A stretch of 61,999 nucleotides of DNA, the filler included, from Basidiobolus ranarum (lineage: Eukaryota), in the NCBI GenBank assembly GCA_040143965.1. It is 3 parts of 3 records of this genome, joined end to end, with 100 filler letters (N's around TTAATTAATTAA, not from the genome) between each part and the next. Parts side by side here need not be neighbours in the genome. Positions count along the whole stretch, not along the records: positions 20,758 to 41,352 come from JASJQH010000224.1; positions 41,453 to 61,999 come from JASJQH010000226.1; 1 more part is not named here. One strand, 5' to 3'. This document shows positions 38,883 through 50,829 of this stretch, in pieces (position 1 is the first letter of the stretch; every line of letters starts with the position of its first letter). A program made the translations under genes and the position numbers. The notes beneath the pieces are model-generated. The model did no database searches. It was not told where the DNA came from and saw only the letters and a program-made list of their open reading frames with translations.

Positions 38883-39779
38883 TGATGCGAGAAGCTAAAG
38901 AGATGAGAGCAGTTATGGTAGTTAAATATACAGATGTCTCTTCGGTTTAAAACCCCGAGTCCGTTTATCAGAAGAAAATTTGCTCTTCGCCTCTCACTTG
39001 ACATTATTCCGAGAACAATATCGCGGTTAAATAAAGATAGGTCTATATGCTATTCACACTGCGGCTTGTCCGCCAAGTAGCCAGTTAATTTTATTACTTC
39101 GCTAATCTACTAAATTAGATAGCTGTTGTCCTTATTTGACCTCCGTTGTCCAATTAAAATTCGTATTACATTTCGAATAGGTACACATTATCTCCTGTTA
39201 CCTAAGCGACATGCATTGGCGATAGTGTGAAATCGAAGTACTATTAGTGTTTGAGGAAAACATACCCTATTTTGAAGAATATACACCCTGCTTTGTTTTA
39301 GTGATCTACTTTGCACGCTAAGACAAAGACAAAGCTTGACGGAGGTGATTCAGATATTTGAAGAGAGATGATTCAGATATTTGACTCTAATTATTGCCAT
39401 ATTAATGAAACCAATGGATGGATTTACACTTGTTTCAGGATAGATTGTTCCGATTTCTCTGAAATCTTCCCTTTTTTTTTATAAAAGGGGCTATGTGTCA
39501 TAATAGGATCTTCTGACTCGGGGATCCTAACTCTGGGGAAAAGAAGCTCAGATTTGTTGGTTTCTTAACATTCTTGATATCATTTCGAAAGCCTATCTCG
39601 GAAACGACACAAATAATCACGTTCTACAATATATTAGATAGACGCGTTCAGCTGGAATTTTTCACGCGACAATTTCACTTTTGTAATACAGTAACTCAAG
39701 TTTATCGTCAGACCAAGCTAAAGAAAACTCTCTTTGTATTTCTGCTTGCTGTTCTGTCTTTATTGAGTAAAGATTTAAA

Positions 39780-40535
39780 ATGATGGACGAGCAATCCCAT
39801 TTGTTACATAATCCATATGTCCAAGATTTCTCGGCTTATGGTGTGGCACTACCTCAGACAGCAACTACAGCGGTGCTTCAACAATCGACTGATCCGTTGT
39901 CTGGTCAGGTACGCATAAGTTATTTCTAGATATCACTATGTATTTGTTTATCGATGTATTCTAACGTCTCGGATCTAGAGTGACCCTCAAAAAGTGGCCG
40001 CCGCTGCTGCTGCTCAATATAATGTTCCCAGACAACAACTTAACTATAACACATCGTACAACAACATGGTAACTAATTAAATGGAGGTTTTATTTAGTAT
40101 TTCAATCTATTTACCACTTTCTGGATAATAGATGTTGCCTAATGGCTCACCGGCCTCTGTTGTGAGCCCCATGTATCGTGTTCCTTTGCCGAGTGAAGTA
40201 GTTACCACTGGTGAAGATGAACCACTTTATGTAAACGCTAAACAATACCATCGTATTTTAAAGCGTAGAGCTGCTCGTGCGAAGCTAGAAGAGCGGAGTC
40301 GTATTCAAAGAAGCAGAAAGGTACGGTAGTACTTTGTTTGGTAATAGTTTACATTTTTTTAATCAGAAGCCATCTTTAGCCATATCTACATGAGTCACGC
40401 CATCGGCACGCTATGCGTCGCCCTAGAGGACCCGGGGGAAGGTTTCTTACAGCAGCTGAAATAGCAGAATTAGATAAAAACAAAGCAGATGATCAACATG
40501 AGGATGATCACAGCAATAATTCTCAAGGAAACTAG
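39780..40535 (+). CDS. HAP2: CCAAT-binding factor subunit NF-YA/Hap2
   Basis: Four exons. [50 protein letters not shown]. Confidence 0.93.
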
Positions 40536-40978
40536 GTAGAGATCATGATTGTTAACCAGATTGTACTCTTCATCTAATACGGGCAATTCTTTCAGGAGCT
40601 AGTCTTCCTGAAGCGGGTTAAACCCACAATTACCAGTCGAGTATATTATATATATTTCATTTTGTTGTTCCCTTCACAAACCATTTTGTTAGCTGAATTC
40701 TCACACGATTACTTGTCCTATATTACGTCACATTTCATCTCTCTTTTGTGCTTTGCTTGTCTTTATTTTCCTCCCTGAACAGAAATGTTACTTTATAGAA
40801 AATCCGTTTAATGTTTTGTAGTAAAATCGAGGTGGAATCCATTCGAATGCTTTCATCATGAACCTTGTAATAAAGAAAGAAACGAACATTGCATTTCTCA
40901 TATACTAAGCTTTACAAGATAAGCTTAAACCAGAAAGTGTATTTTACATTTGTGAAGTGGCTTTATTTCAATAAAGAA

Positions 40979-41352
40979 TTAGATACCATTGGTGGAGAGT
41001 TCTTGATCAAAGACAGATTTGACTTCACCCTTGCCAGCGGCTTCTTCAAACTTCTTACGGACAACTTCCAAATCTTCAACGGCAAGCTTCTCGAAGAGGA
41101 GTTCAAGTTTGTTGAGTTGCTCTTCAACTTGATCAGGGGAAGGCTCGGCACCACAGAAGTATTGATGGTCCTTCATCAAACGCTTAATGGTCTTCTTTTC
41201 CTTGCGGATAGCGTTCTTACGAGCCTCCTTGGCCTTCTTGTCAGATTGAGCCTTAAGCTTGGCATCCTCTTCAGCCTTTTGAGCAGCGATAATAGCTTCT
41301 TCTTCGGCCTTCTTCTTGGCTTCAGCAGCGGCCTTTTCTTGAGCTTCACGAG
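40979..41352 (-). CDS. ZUO1: Zuotin C-terminal part (charged region + RAC head), truncated by contig edge
   Basis: EKAAAEAKKKAEEE..KKAKEARKNAIRKEKKTIKRLMKDHQYF..EQLNKLELLFEKL, with strong highly-expressed codon bias. Confidence 0.75.
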
Positions 41353-41452
41353 NNNNNNNNNNNNNNNNNNNNNNNNNNNNNNNNNNNNNNNNNNNNTTAA
41401 TTAATTAANNNNNNNNNNNNNNNNNNNNNNNNNNNNNNNNNNNNNNNNNNNN
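41353..41452. other. Artificial contig-joining spacer (N44-TTAATTAATTAA-N44)
   Basis: Identical structure to 20658-20757; linker at 41397-41408. Confidence 0.97.
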
Positions 41453-44284
41453 CAGCTACTTAACTACATATGAGCCATCGGATACATTCACACCGGATTT
41501 CCAATCGAAGTTCTTGACAAACATAAATGGCCAAGATAAAAAAACCCGAATTGACGAGAACTCAACTGCACAAGATAGTTTTGCTGCAAAGCTTTCTGAT
41601 CTTGAGCTGAGAGCTAGTTCAGGGCTGTTGAGTTACCTTGATAGAATCTTGATTGATCGAAAGGTATCGCTGCAATCGCCCATCAAATATGTCCCAGAAA
41701 CCATTATGAAAATCAACCAGATAGCATTCAGCTCTCTAGAGCTTATGCGTTCATTAAAGGGGAATACGAAGAAGGGAAGTTTATTACATTCCATTGACTT
41801 TACGACTACAAAGGCTGGTTCCCGCTTGTTAGCCGAAAGATTAAGTAAATTTAGATTCATTCAAGGTTTTCGCAAAGTAGACTGATCAACTGATTCTGAC
41901 ATTTCTCTTCATTGATGAATAGCATCTCCGCTCACATCCATTGACAAAATCAACAAGCGATTGGACCTGGTTCAGTTATTTTACGACAATTCCCATTTGA
42001 CTAGTGATATTCAAAGTAATTTAGCGAATTGCAGAGATGCCCAACGTGCGCTACAGAGGTTATCACTGAATTATGGTGGACCCGCAGATCTAGTGGATAT
42101 TTCTACAACCCTTAAGACGATATGTAAGATCAAAGAGTTACTGGTAAAGTCTTCACCTGAGTACTTCGCTTCAAACTTTAGTGGGTTTTTAGACGACTTG
42201 CAACCACATGAGGACTTGGCTGATACAATAATAGAAGCCATGGGAATAGAGGCACCCAAGAGATTGAGTGGACCAGGCTTCATCAATAAAAGGTAAATCC
42301 TCTTGGTTCACCTACGGTATTTAATTATGTACAAAACTGGATGCTTAATTGATTTTTATCTCCTAGATCCACACGAAGATTGAAGGAGCTTTCCAACGAG
42401 TATGACAAACTGATTTCAGAAAAAGAGGATTTGGAGCAAGAACTACGACGATTATATGGTATGTGTATACACCAACCTATCCTTTAATGAGGGTACTAAT
42501 GTTCGTTTCCCGTACTAGACATAAAAAGCTTAAAGCTATTGTCTACAGCGAGTCTAAAGCACTATGTTGAGGTTAGCCCTAGAGATGCAGCCAAAGTTAT
42601 GGAATCAGAGGACGTAACTCTCATACAAACCTTGAAAGGAAAACGGCGCTTCCAAATCAATGTGATTATTTAAATTTGATCTGGGATACTTATACATGTC
42701 AAATATTAAACCATTTCTTTTGCTTGGTAGAGGTGGACGATTCTATCTTCCAAATTGGAATTTACCTATGAGCAAATTTATGAGGAAGAAAAAGCGGTCT
42801 TTGAAGAAACGGTCAACAAAGTATTGGCGAAAACACCATCAATTATGAAAAGTTGCCGAGTATTGGCTCAACTAGATGTAGCCTCTTCCTTTGCTGTACT
42901 AGCGCGGGAGAAAAACTATTCCAGGCCAATACTTAACAACAGGTAATGAGTTTGCTTATTATCACATTATGTGACCTAATTCCTAATCAATGTGTTTAGC
43001 GGCGAAACAAAAATCATTGGTGGTAGGCACCCAGTAGTTGAGAAGTCTTTGCATGATAAGGGCCGACAATTTGCCAAAAATGATTGTCTGGTTGGAGCAA
43101 ATGGAAATGTTTGTGTAATAACTGGGTAGATTGTTTAAATTGAATAATTATTATATTTGGCATGGGTTGTACTGATAATGATATCCCTTTGAAGGCCTAA
43201 TATGGGCGGCAAGAGCACCTTTTTACGTCAAGTGGCGATTGTTTCAATCATGGCACAGACTGGCGGATTCGTGCCCGCCGATCGCGCGGAATTAGGGATC
43301 ATTGATGGATTGTTTAGTCGAGTAATTCATCAGTTCTTATAACTTTTATTTTACATGCATCTGATGTGTCATTGTGCTTAGGTTGGTGCGGCTGATAATT
43401 TGGCTTTGGATCAATCTACATTCATGGTAGAGATGATGGAGACTGCTACGATCCTCAACAATGCTACTTCAAAATCACTGGAATGCTCTGGTCTATGTGT
43501 CATTCATATCCGTATACGTATAGCCGCTAAATTGTAGTTAATACATAGGTTATCATGGACGAAGTTGGTAGAGGCACTTCAACCACCGACGGGCTCTCAA
43601 TCGCATATGCTACTCTACATCATTTGAATCAAACGATAAAATGCCGATCTTTGTTTGCAACACATTACCACGAACTCACTGATATGTTGAATGAAGAGTT
43701 ACAAGATGTTGCATGCTACCATACAACGGTTCAAGAAGATCAGGTATTTCTCTTCATCTGGCTTACATAACCATAGCCATTGAATAGCACACTAACAAAT
43801 AGCTTTGGAAAGGCTGGTAACTACTCTTATGTACACGTCGTTCGTCCTGGAGTCATGCGACAATCTCATGGATTGTATGTAGCTCAGCTTGCTGGACTAC
43901 CAAAATCAGTGATTGAATTGGCTAGACATGTGAAAGAAAATTTAGACACAAAGCCAATGCCAAAACCTTCAGTAGCATATATTCCACCTCCCATACCACA
44001 ACCCGTTGATAACACTTCATCGATCAAACTATCGGTAACTTATGATGTAAACTAATTTCCATGAAATTTCATTACGATAACTGTTTCTCAACTCTGTAGA
44101 AAATCCAACGACTGTTCGAGGATGTGGATATCATGGAAACTACACCAGGAAAAGGTAGTTAAATTCAGCAAGTAAATCACCTAGTATGAGAAACCCCTAA
44201 CCTGTGCATTCTCGTTACAATGTAGCTCTAGACCTAATCTCAAAAGCATGCAAGGTTCTTAACACCAATACAATCCATCCTTGA
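41453..44284 (+). CDS. MSH1: MutS homolog, probably mitochondrial MSH1, 5'-truncated, ~12 exons
   Basis: [96 protein letters not shown]. Paralog assignment is less certain than the family. Confidence 0.82.
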
Positions 44285-45000
44285 AGTAGATCACTTTCAA
44301 TGGTACCAGGTGAGAACAGTTGAGAATGTATATAGCTCAAAAGACGTTAACTGTAAGGGATAATGAATATTTTTAATTTCAACCAAGATAGTAATCATTA
44401 GTTCTATACATCCCACCGCCCCTCCCCCTCCCCCGAATACTTGATACTTATGTAGGAATCTAGCATATTCCTAGAAGATCAAGCTGATTAAAACAACTCG
44501 TTAGTCAAAATATTTTATAAGAAATATGTGGCTTAGATGGTCAAATTTCACTGATTTAACTAAAGTTTATCACATGACTGTTCAATATTAGCGCGTCTCA
44601 ATATTCATACTAAAATAGTGGGAGTGAGCATTGAGTCACATTCCCACCTGTGTAGAATTCCAATGCTTCAAAGGCCCGCTTTCGAATATCTGATGACGAT
44701 TTTGTGGCTTGGGTTTGAAATATCTCAGACTAATCTAATCACCAATGAACACTGACTGGATGAGAGCTTAACCTTGTTTCAAGTATATGAATCTGATTGA
44801 ATTTGATCAATACCAAATTAAACAGTGATTATCAAGAGTTGATGTTATTTATGAAACCAAAATAGAACAATAAACCCTATCTTGGATTACAAATAAGTGC
44901 ATTCCATAGAAAACCAGAGTCTAGGGCAGTATATATATCAAATAAAAAGCCATATAGAATACTTGTATATAAGCGCAAGTATGCACAGCTTTTGCATATA

Positions 45001-45387
45001 CCGTGAAGCTGGGAAATATCGGATAATTTAGAAATTTAAATGGTGATTTTAAAAAAATAATTTGGAGTTTACTAAAAACAGTATTAATGAAAAAGTAAAA
45101 AATGATTGGTAATTTTTGAACTTTTATTCTGAAATTTAAGTGGTTCGTTAAAACTCTACTTTATCTCGACAATAACTGATATGACGGTTAGAGTGGCTAC
45201 AAAGATCACTAACACATATTTTTGCAAGCATCATCAATTCTCTGGGAATAGATTAGCTTTAGAAGTACTCAGCAACTTTTCACTTGAGTCACTTTAAAAA
45301 TAGCCAAATTTTTTCACTTTTTCACCAATATTTTTTTAAAATCACCATTTAAATTTCTAAATTAACCACGATTTCCCAGCTTCACTG
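45001..45387. mobile_element. 387-bp MITE with ~60-bp terminal inverted repeats and TA flanks (Tc1/mariner-type, non-autonomous)
   Basis: Left TA|CCGTGAAGCTGGGAAATATCGGATAATTTAGAAATTTAAATGGTGATTTTAAAAAAATA. Right, reverse complemented: TA|CAGTGAAGCTGGGAAATCGTGGTTAATTTAGAAATTTAAATGGTGATTTTAAAAAAATA. No internal ORF. Confidence 0.85.
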
Positions 45388-46544
45388 TATCACACGTTGG
45401 TCATAAATATCCGAAAATTCAGAATCTAAACAAATATTTAGGAGACACTATTCAGGCATAATTAGCAAAGCTGAACTCGAACCTTCAATGTCAACCAGGC
45501 TAACCCTAAAATAGCGTACTCTCATGGATGCTCTGAACATAATTACATATTTAATTGGTCATGTATATCCTTGAAAAGTACAAATACCCTCTTTCCCAAG
45601 TGTAGGTTATCTTGAAACTTCAACATCTTGTGTTTCAAAATTCTTTTACAAAACTCGAATTGTAGTTGTACAACTGAGTTATCTTTAATAAATTCAAGAG
45701 GAAGGCTGAGTTCATATCAAAGTACCTATGGGATCGGTAAGATATTTCACATCAATCCCAGACAAGGCGATCACAATCCGATTGAGTGTACTCCAAGAAG
45801 TCCAAACGACAATAGCATCTCGCACTAAACATGGCTACATTCTTATTCGTGTACATCTTAAGTAGAACCTACAAAGTAATCAGCAGTGGCAAAGACCCAA
45901 GAAAAGACAGTGGCTACTAGCAAACAGCAACGAATTCGAAGCTCAGGGATATGCGCCATTTATATACCAGTCGTTCTACCATCACTTTGGTCGTGAGGAC
46001 AATCGAGTGAGGGCCAATCCAATTTCAGAATCTAGACAATCCTAAATGCAGTCAGTTTTTATTATTTTAAAATTTGATAGATAACATGCTCGAATGCTAA
46101 TTGGTTAAAAAGGCTCAACGATCTATTCCAAAATATTCATTATATTATTTTATATCTCACTTGTTTTTATCTCTAACACGTCAGTTTTAGCTTGACTAAT
46201 GTACTACACGCATCCAGCCTGAAGAAGGTTGTTTTGGATAACCACTTATTATCGTAATTACGTTTAGTGAGCTATATCCTGGATATTTTTAAATTGAAAT
46301 AATCCTAATCTTGAAGGCAGTCGAGATAAATAGTCGTTTTTGTTTGGATAAAACATCTCCAAATAATTCCAATATTAAGGATTTTTCTGGATAATGGAAT
46401 TTTATGATGCAATAAGGTAACAAAAAGTGTGTTCACTATTTTCTTTCAACTTATCTCCCTCGGTACAACAAAGTATACCCATTTTTGTGGTGGATAGCAA
46501 GTTGGTTGTATTATTCTGCTATTAAAGTGTGCGTGAAAGCTCAT

Positions 46545-47932
46545 ATGGCTGAAAAAGACACGCGAAACCTCGCGTTCACTAAAGAGGAGAAGATATTATG
46601 TTATCATGGGGCTTTTCTCTATGAAGCCAAGGTGAAGTTCGGGTGCTTTTACTTGTGGTAGAGCACACACTTACATCTTATGCCTTTGATTATTCAGGTT
46701 TTACAATGTGAATGGTGGGATGGAAACGAGCAGATTGAAGAAGGTGGTCATTATTATGTACATTATAAAGGCTGGAAACAGACGTGAGTATTTTACTTGG
46801 TTTCTTTAGAATAGCTATATCAAACTTTCATGATAAATCTCACTCACTTCCTTCTTGGGTAATAGCTGGGATGAGTGGGTTCCTGAAACACGTATTTTGA
46901 AGTATAATGAAGAAAATCTTGCTACTCAAGCTGCACTTAAGGCAGCTATAAAAACCAAAAAAAAATCTTCTACCAAAGAAAAATCTCAAACTGAAGTGAC
47001 AAAGAGTAGAAAGAGAGCAAGAGAAAACTCAAGCGAAAAGTCCAAGGTAAGCCCTTTATAATAATATTCAGACTATACATAGATCTTGATAGAAATAAGG
47101 AGTAATAAACTGTAAACTATCTCTTTATAAAATAGCCACACGATGAGAGCCATGAAAAGCGACCTGAGGTTAAAATTTCGATTCCTAGCTCATTGAAACT
47201 TCAACTTGTAGACGATTGGGAAAACATCACTAAAATGGAACATGTATGTAACTTTAAGCATCATAACCCTCGTCTACCTAATATATTTGCTAAACACTCT
47301 ACACGTCAAAACAGCTAGTCCCTTTACCACGCGAGATAACAGTTGCGCAAATCCTTACCATGTATAAAGAAACCAAAGAAAAGAAAAGAAGCAGCAAAGA
47401 AAAGTGGGAAAATGTTTTCATTCTTCCATGTTTAGCTCATATTAACAATATTATTCATTTAGAGAGGATATTTTGAATGAGGTTTTGGACGGGCTTAAGC
47501 TCTACTTCAATAATGCACTTGGAACCATACTTCTGTACCGCTTCGAACGCCAACAATACATAGATGTTTGTAAGCAGTACCCTAACAGTAATATGTCAGA
47601 TATATATGGAGCTGAACATCTCCTGCGACTATTCGGTAAAATACATATATTTTCGAACGGTGTATATATATTTATTAAGTTAGCTTAATGTTTTACACAG
47701 TTCAATTGCCAATGCTCATTGCTCACACATCAATGGATCAGGAGGCAGTGAATATTCTTAGAGACCAGTTTACGGAGTTTATGAAGTAAGTCTTTTCATG
47801 AAAAGAATCATTCTTATTTTTGACTTATCACGAATAATTGTCAGATACTTGCAAAAGCATGCCAAGGAGTTGTTTATTCCTCAATACGAGAAAGCGAGCG
47901 ATGACTATATAGCAAAATCTAAATCAACATAG
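46545..47932 (+). CDS. EAF3: Chromodomain + MRG domain protein (Eaf3/MRG15)
   Basis: Eight exons. [71 protein letters not shown]. Confidence 0.93.
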
Positions 47933-48190
47933 CGCGTTTAGACTAAAGATTTGTCTGTTTTAATGCGGCTACTTCATAAAAGTCAGAAGTGGGTTGTACA
48001 TTTATTAGGTATTTCATATTCACCTTCATCCACATAAAGTGTTTTTCTTCTGCTCTTACTGGACGCAGATTCGGTGTGAATCCGTTTGTTTAACAAATGT
48101 GTGTAATAATAAATATCAAATTTATCATGTCATCAAGCTCGTGTCCTCTTGGGGGTAATTTTATTCTCGTAAAATTCTACAACCGAAGCC

Positions 48191-48862
48191 CTATTCCAAC
48201 ACGATGATTTTTAGTTCATCTATCTCAACCTCAACTCCGTCTGGATTTTTGGGGCTGCATGCCATTATACCTACATTTAGTGAGGCTTGGTCAGGGGCAA
48301 AGCAAGTGGACTCCCGGAATACCCTTGGGGATTTGGTCCCGTTGCGATAGTCCTCTCTGTCACTATCATTCTCTACTATTCCGTAGCTCAATTTGACCAA
48401 AGGCCCATCTCGCTCTAATTCAATGTATAGATGGTTCGATTTAGTATCAGTTGGAGAGGAAAATAAGCCCCAATCAGAATAAGGGTTGGTCACCACAGCG
48501 CTTGTAAAAAAACAATCCATTAGAAACAGGTAGTGCTAACAACAGCAAATCTGACATTCTGCATACCTAATATATTGTATACCTCCAGTGAACTCGATAC
48601 CACCCTTTATCCAGGTGTTGTCATCTTGGTATATCATAACTCCAGCTTGATCATACTCGATATCCCACTGACCTCTTACGAAGCAGCTAACTTTAAATTT
48701 CGATGCGGTCACTTTTTGGTATCCAAAATTGCCCGACATACGATGAGCTGCAGTTGTACGCCAGAAGTCAGAGTTTGGGGAAGAAGTGAGCTTTATTGTG
48801 GCCCCCTCCTCCTCAAGTTTAGGTGGCGCGACTGTCCATTGTAGTTGAATATCTTGGTTCAT
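48191..48862 (-). CDS. DUF1349 / Ree1-like concanavalin-fold protein
   Basis: Two exons. SDFWRTT, EYDQAGVMIY, WIKGGIEF, SAVVTNPYSDW, VGIMACSP. Confidence 0.85.
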
Positions 48863-50028
48863 GTTTTCAAACTAGCAGTAAACAGGGTAGCTTCTTCTTT
48901 TTATAGTGGCATGATGGTGGCTTGTAAGCCTCATTGATATATTCCCAGTGAACTAGACCGGCGTACGCCTTAGCAGAGATCGCTCCAATTAACCACAATG
49001 CCAAGATAAATTCAAATTGTCGAATAAGATGATGCAACGCCATAAATCAACTGATGGCCTACTTAGATTTCCTTAGTAGTAACCTCCAGTGACTTCATTT
49101 CTCTGACTGTAGAAGGTATGTTTGAAGAAATTGTGTATTCTCACGTTCTGCAAGAATGGGATCTCGAGGGGATCCAAGATCGCGATCCTTTCCCGCCAAT
49201 GCATTGCCCTTATTTCTGTGCATGCGAACCGAGCTGAGTATATTTAGTGCGTATTTGGTACAGCGGTTTACATCCACAGATACATCTCTTCATCTCCTGA
49301 GGTGACACACTGAGTCCTATAATAGCATTCAAGCGGGTTTGAGTATTAATGCCGGGCCTTCATTCATGTGAAACTCTCTTTGGTGCTCGTAAATTGGTCT
49401 TGGTCCTTAGATCGTTGTTGCGAGACATACAATGGATATAGGAGAATGGCTGGTGAGCATAAGGTGACTTTGGTTCATCTATTTTACTGACCACATTCAT
49501 TGTGGCACATTATTAGTTATATACTCTAAGTGGCCAATGGAAATAAAGGGTTCAGGCCATATTCTCCTTAAGGCAAACACTCGTAACAGCACAAAGATTA
49601 AGAGGTTTTAAGGGCAGATCTGTTTAAAATACTTCGATCATTGACCTTTTTGACGCCAATTATCCCTTAATTCCAACTGACTCTACCTCGTTTCATCATA
49701 CATCTTTGGCAATTCCGAAATTGATTCGAGTATATGCCCCTATTTCTTTCTCGTTTCCCTACATAGCTCCTCGTTATGATAGCTTATATCTGCTTTCAAC
49801 CTTCTCTCCTCCTTACTACCGATCTTCTATCCTCTTTCTTCACAACTTGTTTTCATCCGTAGAGTAGCCCCTGTCCTTCTCGAATCCTTCCTTTTAGTAA
49901 ACTCTTCGTATATTAGTAAACCAGAGTTACTTCGTTATCGACAGGTTCACTCTCTTTATATATATGGACAGATATCCATTCTTCTAGCAAAATCTCTTCT
50001 TCCGACCGAGTGAACGTATTTTATAAAC

Positions 50029-50829
50029 ATGAAGAAAGAATCCGACCAAGTTACCCTAGAGCGGGACACCTTAGCCCCCATAGCTGACGTTGGAGGCGGA
50101 GCCCTACACAGGTTGTCCTTGAAGCGAATGTCAACAGACTTTACAAATGTTGTGTTTTCCCGACTTAGCTACGTATTTGGAGAGAACGTAGATTTATCTG
50201 AAGATGAAGAAGAAGACATTGATGAAGCTACGGAAGCAATGCGTGTTCCCGTCTCTATACCATTCAGCGGTAAGCTTCGCATTGAAAGAGACTATACTCT
50301 AGGCGAGGGGTGCCAATTTTCCATGATCTATCCCACAGAGCTGGTAGATAAGGTAATCCATTGATTATCAGTCAATTCAGCATATTCGTATTAATTTACA
50401 TTTGCTCGTTAGGTATCTCTACCACAGTTCCAAGAATCCATCAGCAAACTCAACTCGATTCTATATCGCGCTGAGAGTAACTGGCTAAGACATTCATTTG
50501 ATAATATCTTTGCATGCCTAAGCTTATATACTACTCCAATGTGTTTTGGAACCTTTTATGAGAAGGTAACTACATGGATGTTTTTGTCATATTGTTCAGA
50601 ATATTTACTGGCTTTTCAAGTGTATGAAAGAGTTCGACAAAGCCATCGAGGCTGAGAACGAAAGAGTGTACGCCCCTGTAGGCTTGAAGCTTTTGAACCC
50701 TCATCGATCTGCATATATCTATGTATCCTTTTTTAATTGTACTGACTTCTCTTCTATTGGAATGATACCATTTATCCTTAACTCTGGACCGTCTAGCTTG
50801 AGATAGAGTTCTCAAAGATCATCACTTGA
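50029..50829 (+). CDS. ERF4: ERF4/Golgin A7-family palmitoyltransferase accessory subunit
   Basis: Exons 50029-50352, 50413-50565, 50621-50722, 50797-50829. RIERDYTLGEGCQFSMIYPTEL, FQESISKLNSIL, ENERVYAPVGLKLLNPHRSAYIY|LEIEF. Confidence 0.85.
50723..50796 (+). other. U12-type (minor spliceosome) GT-AG intron
   Basis: 5' splice site GTATCCTTT; branch point TCCTTAAC (50775-50782) 14 nt before the end of the intron; no polypyrimidine tract. Confidence 0.85.

Noticed and set aside
40889-41404. 171-aa plus-strand ORF running into the gap
   Set aside because: Antisense shadow of the zuotin coding region; it reads through N bases.
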